The notes: generated by a model not told the origin, from the sequence alone. 32,000 nt of DNA from Candidatus Altimarinota bacterium (GCA_041659405.1 JBAZYK010000011.1:1-32000); one strand, 5' to 3'; numbered from the stretch's first letter, positions 1-9,074 are shown. Numbers and translations: made by a program.

Positions 1-49
1 CTTTCAACCCATCAGGCAAAAGATCCCATAACAAGTCATGTTCCAACAT
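1..49 (-). CDS. Partial ORF, possible N-terminus of an IS transposase (runs off the window edge)
   Basis: Reverse complement of 49..1 reads MLEHDLLWDLLPDGLK. It resembles the short LLxxLLPxGL N-termini of some IS transposases, but only 16 residues are visible. Confidence 0.2.
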   Translation of the reverse strand, partial: MLEHDLLWDLLPDGLK

Positions 50-251
50 AGCAATTTCGTTAAATGATAATTGCTATCATTAAAACTTGATTGCGTAACT
101 TTTTCAAACTAATTATCTACTGATCCAACTTCTGCCCCAGATATGGCTTGCCAAGGTCAAACAAATACGGTAAATTAGCCCCTGCCGTTCGCAAAAAACA
201 CAAAAACGGCAATGCGGAACATTTCCATAATATCCGCATCATCATCTATAT

Positions 252-328
252 GTGCCCGTAGCTCAGATGGATAGAGCGTTGGCTTGCGGAGCCAAAGGTC
301 GCGCGTTCGACTCGCGCCGGGCACACCA
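252..328 (+). tRNA. tRNA-Arg, anticodon GCG (286-288), CCA encoded
   Basis: Full cloverleaf: acceptor GTGCCCG/CGGGCAC, D-stem GCTC/GAGC, anticodon stem TTGGC/GCCAA with loop TTGCGGA, T-arm GCGCG-TTCGACT-CGCGC, discriminator A, then CCA. Confidence 0.95.
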
Positions 329-380
329 AATAATAGCGAGAAAACCGTTCCGGGGTGTAGAGACTCACGCCCCTCTCTTA

Positions 381-1733
381 TTAAATTCTCCCCTTATATC
401 CCATAAGTTTTTCAGAAGAATAATATCTGACAAACTTCCCTTCTCTTTTTGCTATCAAAAATCCTTTATTTTCAAGTTCTTTTAAATCTTTAGCGGCAGT
501 TTGACGAGCAACATTATGAATTCCACTATGTGAAGTAACCGTTACACTCGCTTTATCATCCGAAATAAGATGATGAAGTAATTGCTTTTGCCGTTCATTT
601 AAAGACATCTGAGTCCCCAACACATCATCAAATTTGCGGTTCTCCCTGGTTTTTTTATCAATGTAAGACTCAAACTCTTCAAGTGCCTGGATTATTTTTT
701 TAATATGGAAATCATAAAAATAGGTTATATCAAAATTATCCTGTTCACTATAAATGTAGGCCATTGCATATTGCATTGGTGCATGTTTAATAACGGTAGA
801 AATAGGTATATATATCATGGTCCAATAACCTTTCTTCAAAAGATACCAATAAAACAGAGCACGAGCCATACGACCATTACCATCAGTAAATGGATGCAAA
901 TAGCCAATCCAAAAATGTAAAAATATTGCTTTGATAATTGGATGGATAAACTGATCTTCACCCAGATCATTTGCAAAGGCAATAAGCCTTTTTATCTCTT
1001 TATTTAAAAATGCTTCTTTAGGCGGGACATGTGTAACATACGCTTCCGTACCTATAACACCCTGAACTACGATACCATCTTCATCTGTTCTAAATCTGCC
1101 TATTTCATCTTTAGCTATGTCCGTACCTTCCGTAAGCTGTCGATGTAATGCGAACATCAATTCAAGCGACAGCTCTGATTTAGTATACTCAGATTCAATA
1201 GCTATCATGGCTCTATAATTATTCAAAATCATCTGCTCGGATTTATTAGTGGGAATCCTATTTTCCAAGAGCATTTTCTTAGCAGCTGCCCTGGTTGTAT
1301 GAGCACCCTCAAGTTGACTGGAAGCAATGGCTTCTTCCATTATTCCATGAACAATAAGTTGATTTTTATCGGTAGAAAAAAAAGATTTTGGAGAAATTTT
1401 TCCACCCGTACACATATCGATCCGATGCAAATATTCATCAGTATAACGTAAGCGCATCCATCGAAAATTCTTACCTTGTTCTGATTTAATTAATGTCTCA
1501 TTTGAGACTAAATTTCTAAATTGACGAACAAAAAACCACCCCTCCTCCGCAGAAACAGAGTAGTTAGGAATTTTGTATTTTAATTTATCCCAATACAAGT
1601 AATCAGGAAAATTAGACTTCTCGAACAGATCCCGAAGCTTATCTCCAAGAGGATCCAACTTAGATATGATCTCTTTAGTATCCAGTAAGCTTAAATCGGG
1701 TTTTTCAAGATAATATTGTGGCGGAATAGTCAT
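381..1733 (-). CDS. Fic family protein (Fido domain) with C-terminal winged-helix-like region
   Basis: Fic core motif HPFTDGNGRMAR. Upstream inhibitory-helix-like motif SSQLEG matches [S/T]xxxE[G/N]. The C-terminal segment with LKELENKGFLIAKREGK looks like an HTH. Confidence 0.92.
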   Translation of the reverse strand: MTIPPQYYLEKPDLSLLDTKEIISKLDPLGDKLRDLFEKSNFPDYLYWDKLKYKIPNYSVSAEEGWFFVRQFRNLVSNETLIKSEQGKNFRWMRLRYTDEYLHRIDMCTGGKISPKSFFSTDKNQLIVHGIMEEAIASSQLEGAHTTRAAAKKMLLENRIPTNKSEQMILNNYRAMIAIESEYTKSELSLELMFALHRQLTEGTDIAKDEIGRFRTDEDGIVVQGVIGTEAYVTHVPPKEAFLNKEIKRLIAFANDLGEDQFIHPIIKAIFLHFWIGYLHPFTDGNGRMARALFYWYLLKKGYWTMIYIPISTVIKHAPMQYAMAYIYSEQDNFDITYFYDFHIKKIIQALEEFESYIDKKTRENRKFDDVLGTQMSLNERQKQLLHHLISDDKASVTVTSHSGIHNVARQTAAKDLKELENKGFLIAKREGKFVRYYSSEKLMGYKGRI

Positions 1734-1834
1734 GTTAAGTTCATGTTAAGTTCATGTTAACACTTAACATGTTATCATCATGTTAGATTAAAAGCAAGGA
1801 TTAACATGTTAAGTTCATATTAATTACATGTTAA
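1731..1834. repeat. Array of eight CATGTTAA-type iterons (one degenerate), mostly 11-bp phased
   Basis: Copies start at 1731, 1742, 1753, 1768, 1779 (CATGTTAG), 1805, 1816 (CATATTAA, degenerate) and 1827. It includes the perfect palindrome TTAACATGTTAA at 1801-1812. Confidence 0.85.
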
Positions 1835-1837
1835 TGG

Positions 1838-2155
1838 CTAAATCATCACCAAAAACGCGCCTTCCCCGCCCCTATGAATCGGCGCAAAAGAAAAAGTCTT
1901 AATAAGATCACTGCGTTTTAAATAGTCTTCGATCAGTGGTCTTATTACGGCTTGCCCATCTTTGGAGTGAAGCCCCTTTCCGGTTATGATTAAAACCTTT
2001 TTCAAGCCATCTTTTTCCGCAGTCACCAAAAAATCTTCAATCTCTTCCAAAATTTGATCAGGCGTGAGCAACCCCAATTGGTGAAAATCCAATTGTCTCT
2101 GCGGTTCCGCCAACTCCGCATATTTATTCCCTGATTTTGAAGGATTTTTCTTCAT
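1838..2155 (-). CDS. Smr-domain (MutS2 C-terminal-like) protein
   Basis: LDFHQLGLLTPDQ in place of the usual LDLHG motif, ITGKGLHSKDGQAVIRPLIEDYL, then GGEGAFLV. Overlaps the ald stop by ATGA. Confidence 0.8.
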   Translation of the reverse strand: MKKNPSKSGNKYAELAEPQRQLDFHQLGLLTPDQILEEIEDFLVTAEKDGLKKVLIITGKGLHSKDGQAVIRPLIEDYLKRSDLIKTFSFAPIHRGGEGAFLVMI

Positions 2156-3345
2156 ACAACTGCGCCGGCCATCTCGCCAACCATCTCCCGCAAATCCCGA
2201 TACTGCCCCATTAAATCAAGATCTTTAGCCACAGATGGATAAGTTACTTTTCCTCCAAAAGCATTTAAACCCTTGGCAAAGCGACCATCGCCGTTCAAAG
2301 AAACACGAATTGAATTTATAACCCCATCCTTAGCCATTTTCTTTAAATAAGGCAGTGTCGCAGCGGTTAAAGCCTGTGTAGATTGACGAGAAACCTGTCC
2401 CGGCATATTTGCCACACAGCAGAAAATCACGCCATCAATGTTATAAATTGGCTCACTGTGAGTTGTTGCATGAGTTCCCCAAATACAACCACCCTGATCA
2501 ACGGAAACATCCACAACCACGGAACCCTTTTTCATGGAACGAATCATTTGTTCAGTCACAACAACCGGAGCGCGAGTTCCAGGAATCAACACAGCACCAA
2601 CCAGCAAATCAGCCTTGGCAACCCATTCTTTTAAGGTAGCTTCATCCGACTTCAAAATGCGCACATTTTGAAAAAGTTTTTCACCAAGATGTTCGCGGAA
2701 TTCTTTTTTGAGTTGTTCAACGCGAGCCTCACTAATATCCAAAATCGTGACCATTCCGCCCAAACCGGCAGCTGTTCTTGCCGCAGTAGCGCCCACAAAT
2801 CCTCCACCAACCACAACCGTTTCAGATTTATCGGTATTGGTAATAAAACCCAAAGTCACACCACGACCATTATACTTTTTTTGAAGATATTCAGCGCCAT
2901 ATTGCACAGCCAAAACCCCCGCAACCTCACTCATTGGAGCAAGCAGCGGCAAACGGCCCTTGTCATCTTCCACTGTTTCATAAGCCACAGCGGCAATATT
3001 ATTTTCGATCAATTTCAAAGTTAAACCCTTATCAACCGCAGAAAGATGCAGATAAGTGTAAAGAGTCTTGCCCTTCATCATATCCAGCAAATGATATTCA
3101 GCCGGAATTGGTTCCTTAACCTTAACCAAAATTTCAGAAGCTTGAACCACTTCTTCCGGAGTAGCCATCAAAGTCGCACCCGCAGCCTTATATTCCTCAT
3201 CCATAAAACCAGCACCAACTCCCGCACCATTTTGAATAAAAACCTTGTTACCATCTGCAACTAGTTCCGCAGCCCCTTGTGGCGTTAAACCTACACGGTT
3301 TTCATTGTTTTTGATTTCCTTAATACAACCGATGAGAGCACTCAT
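2152..3345 (-). CDS. ald: Alanine dehydrogenase
   Basis: GCIKEIKNNENRVGLTP N-terminus, VKVKEPIPAEY, VVGGGFVGATAARTAAGLGG nucleotide-binding motif, DVSVDQGGC, HSEPIYNIDGVIFCCVANMPG. Confidence 0.95.
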   Translation of the reverse strand: MSALIGCIKEIKNNENRVGLTPQGAAELVADGNKVFIQNGAGVGAGFMDEEYKAAGATLMATPEEVVQASEILVKVKEPIPAEYHLLDMMKGKTLYTYLHLSAVDKGLTLKLIENNIAAVAYETVEDDKGRLPLLAPMSEVAGVLAVQYGAEYLQKKYNGRGVTLGFITNTDKSETVVVGGGFVGATAARTAAGLGGMVTILDISEARVEQLKKEFREHLGEKLFQNVRILKSDEATLKEWVAKADLLVGAVLIPGTRAPVVVTEQMIRSMKKGSVVVDVSVDQGGCIWGTHATTHSEPIYNIDGVIFCCVANMPGQVSRQSTQALTAATLPYLKKMAKDGVINSIRVSLNGDGRFAKGLNAFGGKVTYPSVAKDLDLMGQYRDLREMVGEMAGAVV

Positions 3346-3473
3346 GTGAGATGAGGTTAAAGAATTAAAACGACCAAACGGTCGGAATGAAAATGGAAAA
3401 GAACAACTGCCAAAGTTCTAGCATTCTTAAAGAAGAGCCGTCAATCTTTTTACAACATTTCAGCAAAGACAAC

Positions 3474-3944
3474 CTACAAAACTCTCTTCCTAACTGCGGC
3501 ACCTAAATCTTCCAAAGTTTGACTAACCAAACCGTCTTGTTGCTTCTTAAGCCTATTTTCCAAAATCAATTTTTCTCTTTCTAAAAACGAAAGTACAACT
3601 TCAAAATCCTTCAAAGTTGCCATTGCAGCTCCAAAACTCCAATTCCAGTTTTCTTCACCTGAATCTAAAGTTCCTAAAAGCATTCGCCTCCCCTCAAAAC
3701 TTACCGATAACATTGATCCGGCTACATAATAAAATTCTAACTTTGCTCCCTCCAACAAAGAAATAACAATCCTTGTGCAAGAAGCTTCCTTTTGAATAAC
3801 GCTAATCTGCTGACCGCAAGGCAATTTACCACCAGTCTTGGACTCAAATTCAAAAGCCTTAAAAGCTTCAACAATTCTCAAAAACCTGTCACCACTATTC
3901 CGCAGACCTTCAGCAATATTAGGAAAACCACCTTCAACTGACAT
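3474..3944 (-). CDS. Hypothetical protein
   Basis: 156-aa uninterrupted ORF in line with neighbouring minus-strand genes; no recognisable family. Confidence 0.6.
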   Translation of the reverse strand: MSVEGGFPNIAEGLRNSGDRFLRIVEAFKAFEFESKTGGKLPCGQQISVIQKEASCTRIVISLLEGAKLEFYYVAGSMLSVSFEGRRMLLGTLDSGEENWNWSFGAAMATLKDFEVVLSFLEREKLILENRLKKQQDGLVSQTLEDLGAAVRKRVL

Positions 3945-4023
3945 TTTTAAAAAAGTTAAAATATAATTCCACGCCAGAATTATATTACAAAAATAAAATA
4001 TGTCAACTTACAATTGCTAGATT

Positions 4024-4857
4024 TTAGTGTTCCGGTGAATTAGCATCCGCCTCATGTTCCTTGTGACGCATATCAAAATTCACACCTAAGACAAATTTAG
4101 CATTATAACCGCTCACCCATGGCGATGCGACATGTGCTTGCCCCGCCGCTCCTTCTTCCCCTTCTGGCTGATATCCGCCTCCATTTAAAAACAAAGTTGC
4201 TTTAACAGGTGGCACCTGAAATGTTAACTGCGGTCCACCAACAACATATTGCAAATGTCCTTCAGGATTGCTGGCTGTTTCCGCATGCAGACCCAAGGCA
4301 ATATTTTCCCCTTTATTCAAATAAACATCACTTAAAGCCTCTCCGTAAAAATGGAAATGTTCACCAACATAAGGTTGAAAAAACACTTCTGAACTCATTT
4401 TCAAAGGGCCCAGAGAATTTTCTTTACCCAATTGAATGTAAGGAGCAAAAGCACTATGACCATCCTGATTCTTATAACCGGCACCAAGACCTAATTCTAA
4501 ACCATGAGCCGGTTCCAAAAGAACACCGGCCGCGCCAATCCATTGATGTTCATGTAGCCCAAGTTGTTTGTAAGTGCCCGATCCGCTCAAGGACAAACCC
4601 TTGGCAACTTCAGGAGTAATTGCCCCAGCTTTAAAAACCATTTCAGTCTGCTGAGCACCCGCTTTTCCATGTTCTTCCTGAACAGTTTCCTTTGCCTCAG
4701 TACCAACAGCGCCACCTTCTTCCGCATAAACATTTTTAACAGCCGCGGTTGTCGCAAGTATCGCAGCCAAAGCCGCACCCGCCAATGTTAATTTTGATTT
4801 GTCTCCATTTCCAGAAGATTCAAGACCGGAAAAACGTTCAAGCATAAAAAAATACAT
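4024..4857 (-). CDS. Hypothetical protein with N-terminal hydrophobic/signal-like segment and beta-rich body
   Basis: N-terminus LTLAGAALAAILATTAAVKNVYAEE resembles a signal peptide. The body has alternating aromatic/hydrophobic strands such as HFHFYGEALSDVYLNKGENIALGLHAE. Confidence 0.65.
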   Translation of the reverse strand: MYFFMLERFSGLESSGNGDKSKLTLAGAALAAILATTAAVKNVYAEEGGAVGTEAKETVQEEHGKAGAQQTEMVFKAGAITPEVAKGLSLSGSGTYKQLGLHEHQWIGAAGVLLEPAHGLELGLGAGYKNQDGHSAFAPYIQLGKENSLGPLKMSSEVFFQPYVGEHFHFYGEALSDVYLNKGENIALGLHAETASNPEGHLQYVVGGPQLTFQVPPVKATLFLNGGGYQPEGEEGAAGQAHVASPWVSGYNAKFVLGVNFDMRHKEHEADANSPEH

Positions 4858-4956
4858 TAAAAATCAGGGGGCACAGCTTACATGCCTTTTCAAAAGAATC
4901 AATCCTAAAAAATTCTGAGCTCATTGCATTTATCCCCTCGCGCAGATTTGCGATGC

Positions 4957-5634
4957 TCAAATCCTTAAACTCTCGATGGCTTTCTTGCGCCCTTCCGCAC
5001 CCACCGCTCCAAAAATATAAGACCCCGCCACCAGAATATTTGCACCGGCTTTAACGCATTGCTTAGCCGTTTCTGCGTTGATTCCCCCATCCACTTCAAT
5101 ATCCAGATTTGGCTTCATTTTGCGCAGAGCTTCAATCTTTCCCAAAGCTGAAGCAATAAATTTCTGTCCACCAAAGCCCGGATTAACGCTCATCACCAAA
5201 ACCATATCCACATCGTCCAAAACCTCTTCAATCATTTCAATTGGAGTTGCCGGATTGATGGAAACCGCAGCCTTAACCGACTCCCCCGCCTCATTCTTAA
5301 AACTTTTAATCTGTTGAATCACCTTAGGCAAATTTTTGCACGCCTCCTGATGAACCGTAATGCTGGCCATTTTGCCGGTGCAACCCACTTTCGCCATCGC
5401 CTTCACAAAATCTTCAATAAAATTTTCCGGGTGCTCGATCATCAAATGACAATCAAGTGGCAAACCCGTTTTAAGCCAAGCCACAACCGGCGCACCAATA
5501 GTAATATTCGGCACAAAATGACCATCCATCACATCCACATGCAACAAATCCACATATGGTGAAACCTGGGCGATTTCCTGGTTCAACTTGCCAAAATCCG
5601 CAGACAAAATTGATGGAGCAATTTTTATATTCAT
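4957..5634 (-). CDS. rpe: Ribulose-phosphate 3-epimerase
   Basis: IAPSILSADFGKLNQE, VDVMDGHFVPNITIG, LDCHLMIEHP, VLVMSVNPGFGGQKF, DGGINAET, VAGSYIFG. Confidence 0.97.
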   Translation of the reverse strand: MNIKIAPSILSADFGKLNQEIAQVSPYVDLLHVDVMDGHFVPNITIGAPVVAWLKTGLPLDCHLMIEHPENFIEDFVKAMAKVGCTGKMASITVHQEACKNLPKVIQQIKSFKNEAGESVKAAVSINPATPIEMIEEVLDDVDMVLVMSVNPGFGGQKFIASALGKIEALRKMKPNLDIEVDGGINAETAKQCVKAGANILVAGSYIFGAVGAEGRKKAIESLRI

Positions 5635-5642
5635 AGAAAAAA

Positions 5643-6029
5643 TTAACGGGATTCATTAATAATCGCACGCAAATCTGCGACAGAACGTCCGGGATTTTTT
5701 TGCCCCGAAGCCAAAAGCTGGGTTTGTGAGACCGACAATCCACTATGATCACCGTCTGCCCATTCTTCATCCGGAATCGGCTCTTGCGAATCATTCTGTG
5801 AATCCCCTTCTGGCATATCTCCTGGTTCCGTAAAGAGTTCATCAACAACGTTGACACCAGCAGCCTGCAATTTTTCTCCAATTTTAGCTCGCAAGGCACC
5901 TGGATCATCAGTTTTTCTTAATGTCGCTTTTTCAATCAGTCTTGCTACTAATCCTTCAATCGAATCATCACCCCGTCTTTCACCATCTTTCACATCATCA
6001 TCCCGTCTTTCAGCACCTTCATGTAACAT
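5643..6029 (-). CDS. Hypothetical acidic protein
   Basis: 128-aa ORF filling the gap between rpe and rpiB on the same strand; no known motif. Confidence 0.5.
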   Translation of the reverse strand: MLHEGAERRDDDVKDGERRGDDSIEGLVARLIEKATLRKTDDPGALRAKIGEKLQAAGVNVVDELFTEPGDMPEGDSQNDSQEPIPDEEWADGDHSGLSVSQTQLLASGQKNPGRSVADLRAIINESR

Positions 6030-6064
6030 AAATTTTTAATATTAAATTATAATCGAACCACAAA

Positions 6065-6550
6065 CTAGCACCTATCCTGAATCTTTGCACCTTTCATACC
6101 TTTATCCAAGGCCATGACCTTTTCCACGCGGCGAACATAGCGTTCTACCGGTTCAAACTCAGTCACATAAAAAATATCAAACATTTTCAGAGCCAGATCC
6201 AAAGGCGTCAAACGGCTTCCAATACATAAAACATTAGCCTTGTTATGCTGACGTGAAAGCTTGGCCATTTCCTCGGAATTACAAAGAGCAGCGCGAATCC
6301 CCTGCATCTTGTTTGCCGTAATCGACATGCCAATTCCCGAACCACAAAACAAAACTCCATAAGAATTTTGATCTTCATTCACTTTTTCGCAAACTTCACG
6401 CGCAATATCCGGATAATCCACCGCGTCCATACTAAAACAGCCCAAATCCACAAACTTTATACTTTTTTCAGTCAGATGTTTTTTGAATTGTTCCTTCATT
6501 TCATAACCGGCATGATCGGTACCAACGTAAATAGTTTTTGGAGAATTCAT
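6065..6550 (-). CDS. rpiB: Ribose-5-phosphate isomerase B
   Basis: IYVGTDHAGYEMK, DYPDIAREVCEKV, GVLFCGSGIGMSITANKMQGIRAALC, RQHNKANVLCIGSRL. Confidence 0.96.
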   Translation of the reverse strand: MNSPKTIYVGTDHAGYEMKEQFKKHLTEKSIKFVDLGCFSMDAVDYPDIAREVCEKVNEDQNSYGVLFCGSGIGMSITANKMQGIRAALCNSEEMAKLSRQHNKANVLCIGSRLTPLDLALKMFDIFYVTEFEPVERYVRRVEKVMALDKGMKGAKIQDRC

Positions 6551-6603
6551 GATTTACAGATAAAAATTAGGTTCAATTTCATTAAACCACAAATCGACTA
6601 AGG

Positions 6604-7542
6604 CTAAAATACCGAAGAAACCGACTTGGATTCATTTACATTTTTGATCGTTTTTGCCAGCAGTGGAGCCACAGACAAAACGTGCAACCCCGGGAACATT
6701 TTATCTTCTGTCACCGGAATGGAGTTTGTCACCACAACTTCCGCAAATTTTGCGATTCTTAAGCGATCGGTTGCCGGAGCCGAAAAAACCGGATGAGTCG
6801 CCACCAGATAAATTTCCTCCTTGGCACCTTTCTTCAAAATGGCTTCACGACCTGCAATTACGGTTCCGCCGGTATCAATCATATCATCATAAATAATACA
6901 GGTTTTATCGGTTACATCACCAACCACCTGCGTAATCACAGAAACATTGTGAGCCGGACGAACTTTATGCAAAATCGCCAGATCCGCACCAATTTCATCG
7001 GCAAAGCGTTTTGCGGCTTTAGTAGCACCGGTATCCGGAGCCACCACCACCATATCCTGCAACTTCTTGCGACGGAAATATTCACCAAAAAGTTTAACGG
7101 TATTCAGGTTATCAACCGGAAAATTAAAGAAGCCCTGCTCTTGATCGGAATGCAGATTTATAGTGATAACATGATCCGCACCGGCAGTTTTTAAAAGATC
7201 AGCAACCAATTTTGCAGTGATCGGTTCACGCGGTGAAGCCACACGATCCTGACGCGCGTAACCATAATGCGGAATCACCACATGGATTCTTTCGGCAAAC
7301 GAACGTTTTACCGCATCCAGCATGATAAAAAGCTCCATTAAATCTTCATTAATTTTAGAAGTTGCCGTTTGAATAATAAAGACATCGGCCCCACGCACAG
7401 TTTGATCCGGCCTGGCATAAATTTCATTGCAGGCAAAACGCGTAATCTTCATTTCCGAAAGTTTCATATGAAGATTTTTGGCTATTTCTTCAGCCAATTG
7501 AGGATGAGACGACCCCGAGAAAATTTTAAGAGGAAGAGCCAT
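6604..7542 (-). CDS. prs: Ribose-phosphate pyrophosphokinase
   Basis: FSGSSHPQLAEEIA, HVVIPHYGYARQDR, ITINLHSDQEQGFF, VVVAPDTGATKAAKRFA, CIIYDDMIDTGGTV. Confidence 0.95.
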   Translation of the reverse strand: MALPLKIFSGSSHPQLAEEIAKNLHMKLSEMKITRFACNEIYARPDQTVRGADVFIIQTATSKINEDLMELFIMLDAVKRSFAERIHVVIPHYGYARQDRVASPREPITAKLVADLLKTAGADHVITINLHSDQEQGFFNFPVDNLNTVKLFGEYFRRKKLQDMVVVAPDTGATKAAKRFADEIGADLAILHKVRPAHNVSVITQVVGDVTDKTCIIYDDMIDTGGTVIAGREAILKKGAKEEIYLVATHPVFSAPATDRLRIAKFAEVVVTNSIPVTEDKMFPGLHVLSVAPLLAKTIKNVNESKSVSSVF

Positions 7543-7733
7543 GGAGGTTTGTTTGGGTTATGATGATGCGAATTTTAGCCATTCAAAGCTCATAATCGCA
7601 CGAGCCATAAATGCGCCAAATCCTTGCACGCTCAATTTAAACTTTTTAGCCAAATTTCGCAAATAAACAAAAAATCTTTTTTGGAGCCCGCTTCGCCTGC
7701 AATAAAAACATACATGCGTCACTTCACGCCTTA

Positions 7734-9074
7734 TCATGCCGAACTCATCCTGAATTTTTGCACAAGTTGATCAACTTTAAATTTCGGCGCCCGCTCATCC
7801 GCCCGCAACTGCAACTTCCAGTTTGGCGCACCGGTTCGCGCATCTATTGGCACCATTTCTTCATTTTTTATGAGTCCATGATGCGCGAGTTGATGATGAA
7901 TCTTGCAAAGCGGCACAATCGCCTCATGAACATGTTCGAGCGAAAATCTTTTGGTATGGTGCTTGTTTTCGGCTGGCTTGTTGCATCCTGGATATCCGCA
8001 CATCTCATAATATTGAACCTTTAGTTGCCGTTGAGTTTCCACAAGGATGTGACGCGTAGGTTTTGCCGATTTTCGTTTTTGCGATTTTGCCGGCACCATC
8101 TTTTCGCTGACTTTTTTCACCGACGCCGACACCTCAGTTTTTTGCGATTTTTTGCAAACCTTCCGCGGCACCTCAACCCCCTCCTCCGCCATTTTTAAAA
8201 ACTCTTCCATCACATCTTCCCAATTCAGTGCTTTTTTCTGCTGTTTTTCCAATTTGAATTTAAAGAGCCTAAGCTTTCCTTCAATTTCCGGTCTTACATG
8301 AATTGTGATACTTGCTTTTTGAAAATTTTCTGCCATATTCGCGGCTTCGTTGACGAAGCCCTGAATTAAGGCTTGCTGCTGCGGAGTATTTGACTCAACC
8401 TCAAAAACATCCTCTTGAATACTTTCGGTACCAGAAGACAAATTTGGACTAATACTTGTTTGTATCTTTTCTTCCTTCTGGACTTGGCGTATCTGTTTTT
8501 CATTACTATTTTTTTTAAAAAGTTCTTGATTGCGAATTTCTTGAACGAATTTTTGCAAAACCGCAAGACTCATCGTTTTCACCTTCTCAACCCAAAAATC
8601 CTGTGTTTCTGGCTCTACAATGTTGGCTACAATTTCCAATTTGGCCCATCCGCATTCAAGCATAAGTGCCATTAACTTTGGCTTATCTTCAAGCTTTTGT
8701 GCGACATTCAAAATTCTATTCACGATTTCTGACCCCATACCTGCCAACTTGGCCGCAAACTCACCAATTGAATGAAAGCCCCAATCACGGCAAACACATC
8801 TCTTATTCACCTCAATCAAATAAACTGCGAATTGACGCTGTAACTTGCGAATATTTGATCCGCAATTCTGACACAATTTCAGTAATTCTTTGTTGGAAAG
8901 TTTATTGATTTCATCCTGTTTCACGTTGGGGATTTTTCTGACCTCGCTCAATCCCACGTTGGAAAGTTGCGCAATTTGACCTTGTTCCGCATGTTCAAAT
9001 TTTTGTCCTGATTGTCTTTGAAAATTGCCCATATTTGTTTTGGTTATTGGATACAAAAAAATCGTTAATGCCAT
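7734..9074 (-). CDS. HNH-endonuclease-domain protein with long helical N-terminal region
   Basis: C-terminal CGYPGCNKPAENKHHTKRFSLEHVHEAIVPLCKIHHQLAHHG matches a cysteine/histidine HNH-type motif. The start may be the internal M of MGNFQRQSGQ. Confidence 0.75.
   Translation of the reverse strand: MALTIFLYPITKTNMGNFQRQSGQKFEHAEQGQIAQLSNVGLSEVRKIPNVKQDEINKLSNKELLKLCQNCGSNIRKLQRQFAVYLIEVNKRCVCRDWGFHSIGEFAAKLAGMGSEIVNRILNVAQKLEDKPKLMALMLECGWAKLEIVANIVEPETQDFWVEKVKTMSLAVLQKFVQEIRNQELFKKNSNEKQIRQVQKEEKIQTSISPNLSSGTESIQEDVFEVESNTPQQQALIQGFVNEAANMAENFQKASITIHVRPEIEGKLRLFKFKLEKQQKKALNWEDVMEEFLKMAEEGVEVPRKVCKKSQKTEVSASVKKVSEKMVPAKSQKRKSAKPTRHILVETQRQLKVQYYEMCGYPGCNKPAENKHHTKRFSLEHVHEAIVPLCKIHHQLAHHGLIKNEEMVPIDARTGAPNWKLQLRADERAPKFKVDQLVQKFRMSSA

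Noticed and set aside
252-485. Track ORF MPVAQMDRALACGAKGRAFDSRR...
   Set aside because: Its N-terminal part is the translation of tRNA-Arg; a well-known spurious ORF pattern.
1731-1834. Could the repeated CATGTTAA motifs be a CRISPR array?
   Set aside because: Repeats are 8 bp at 11-bp pitch with no 25-40 bp spacers and no cas genes; they fit operator iterons.
5471-5908. 145-aa minus-strand ORF
   Set aside because: Overlaps the rpe N-terminal region and most of the 5643..6029 ORF in another frame. The composition (Cys/Trp-rich) looks like shadow translation.
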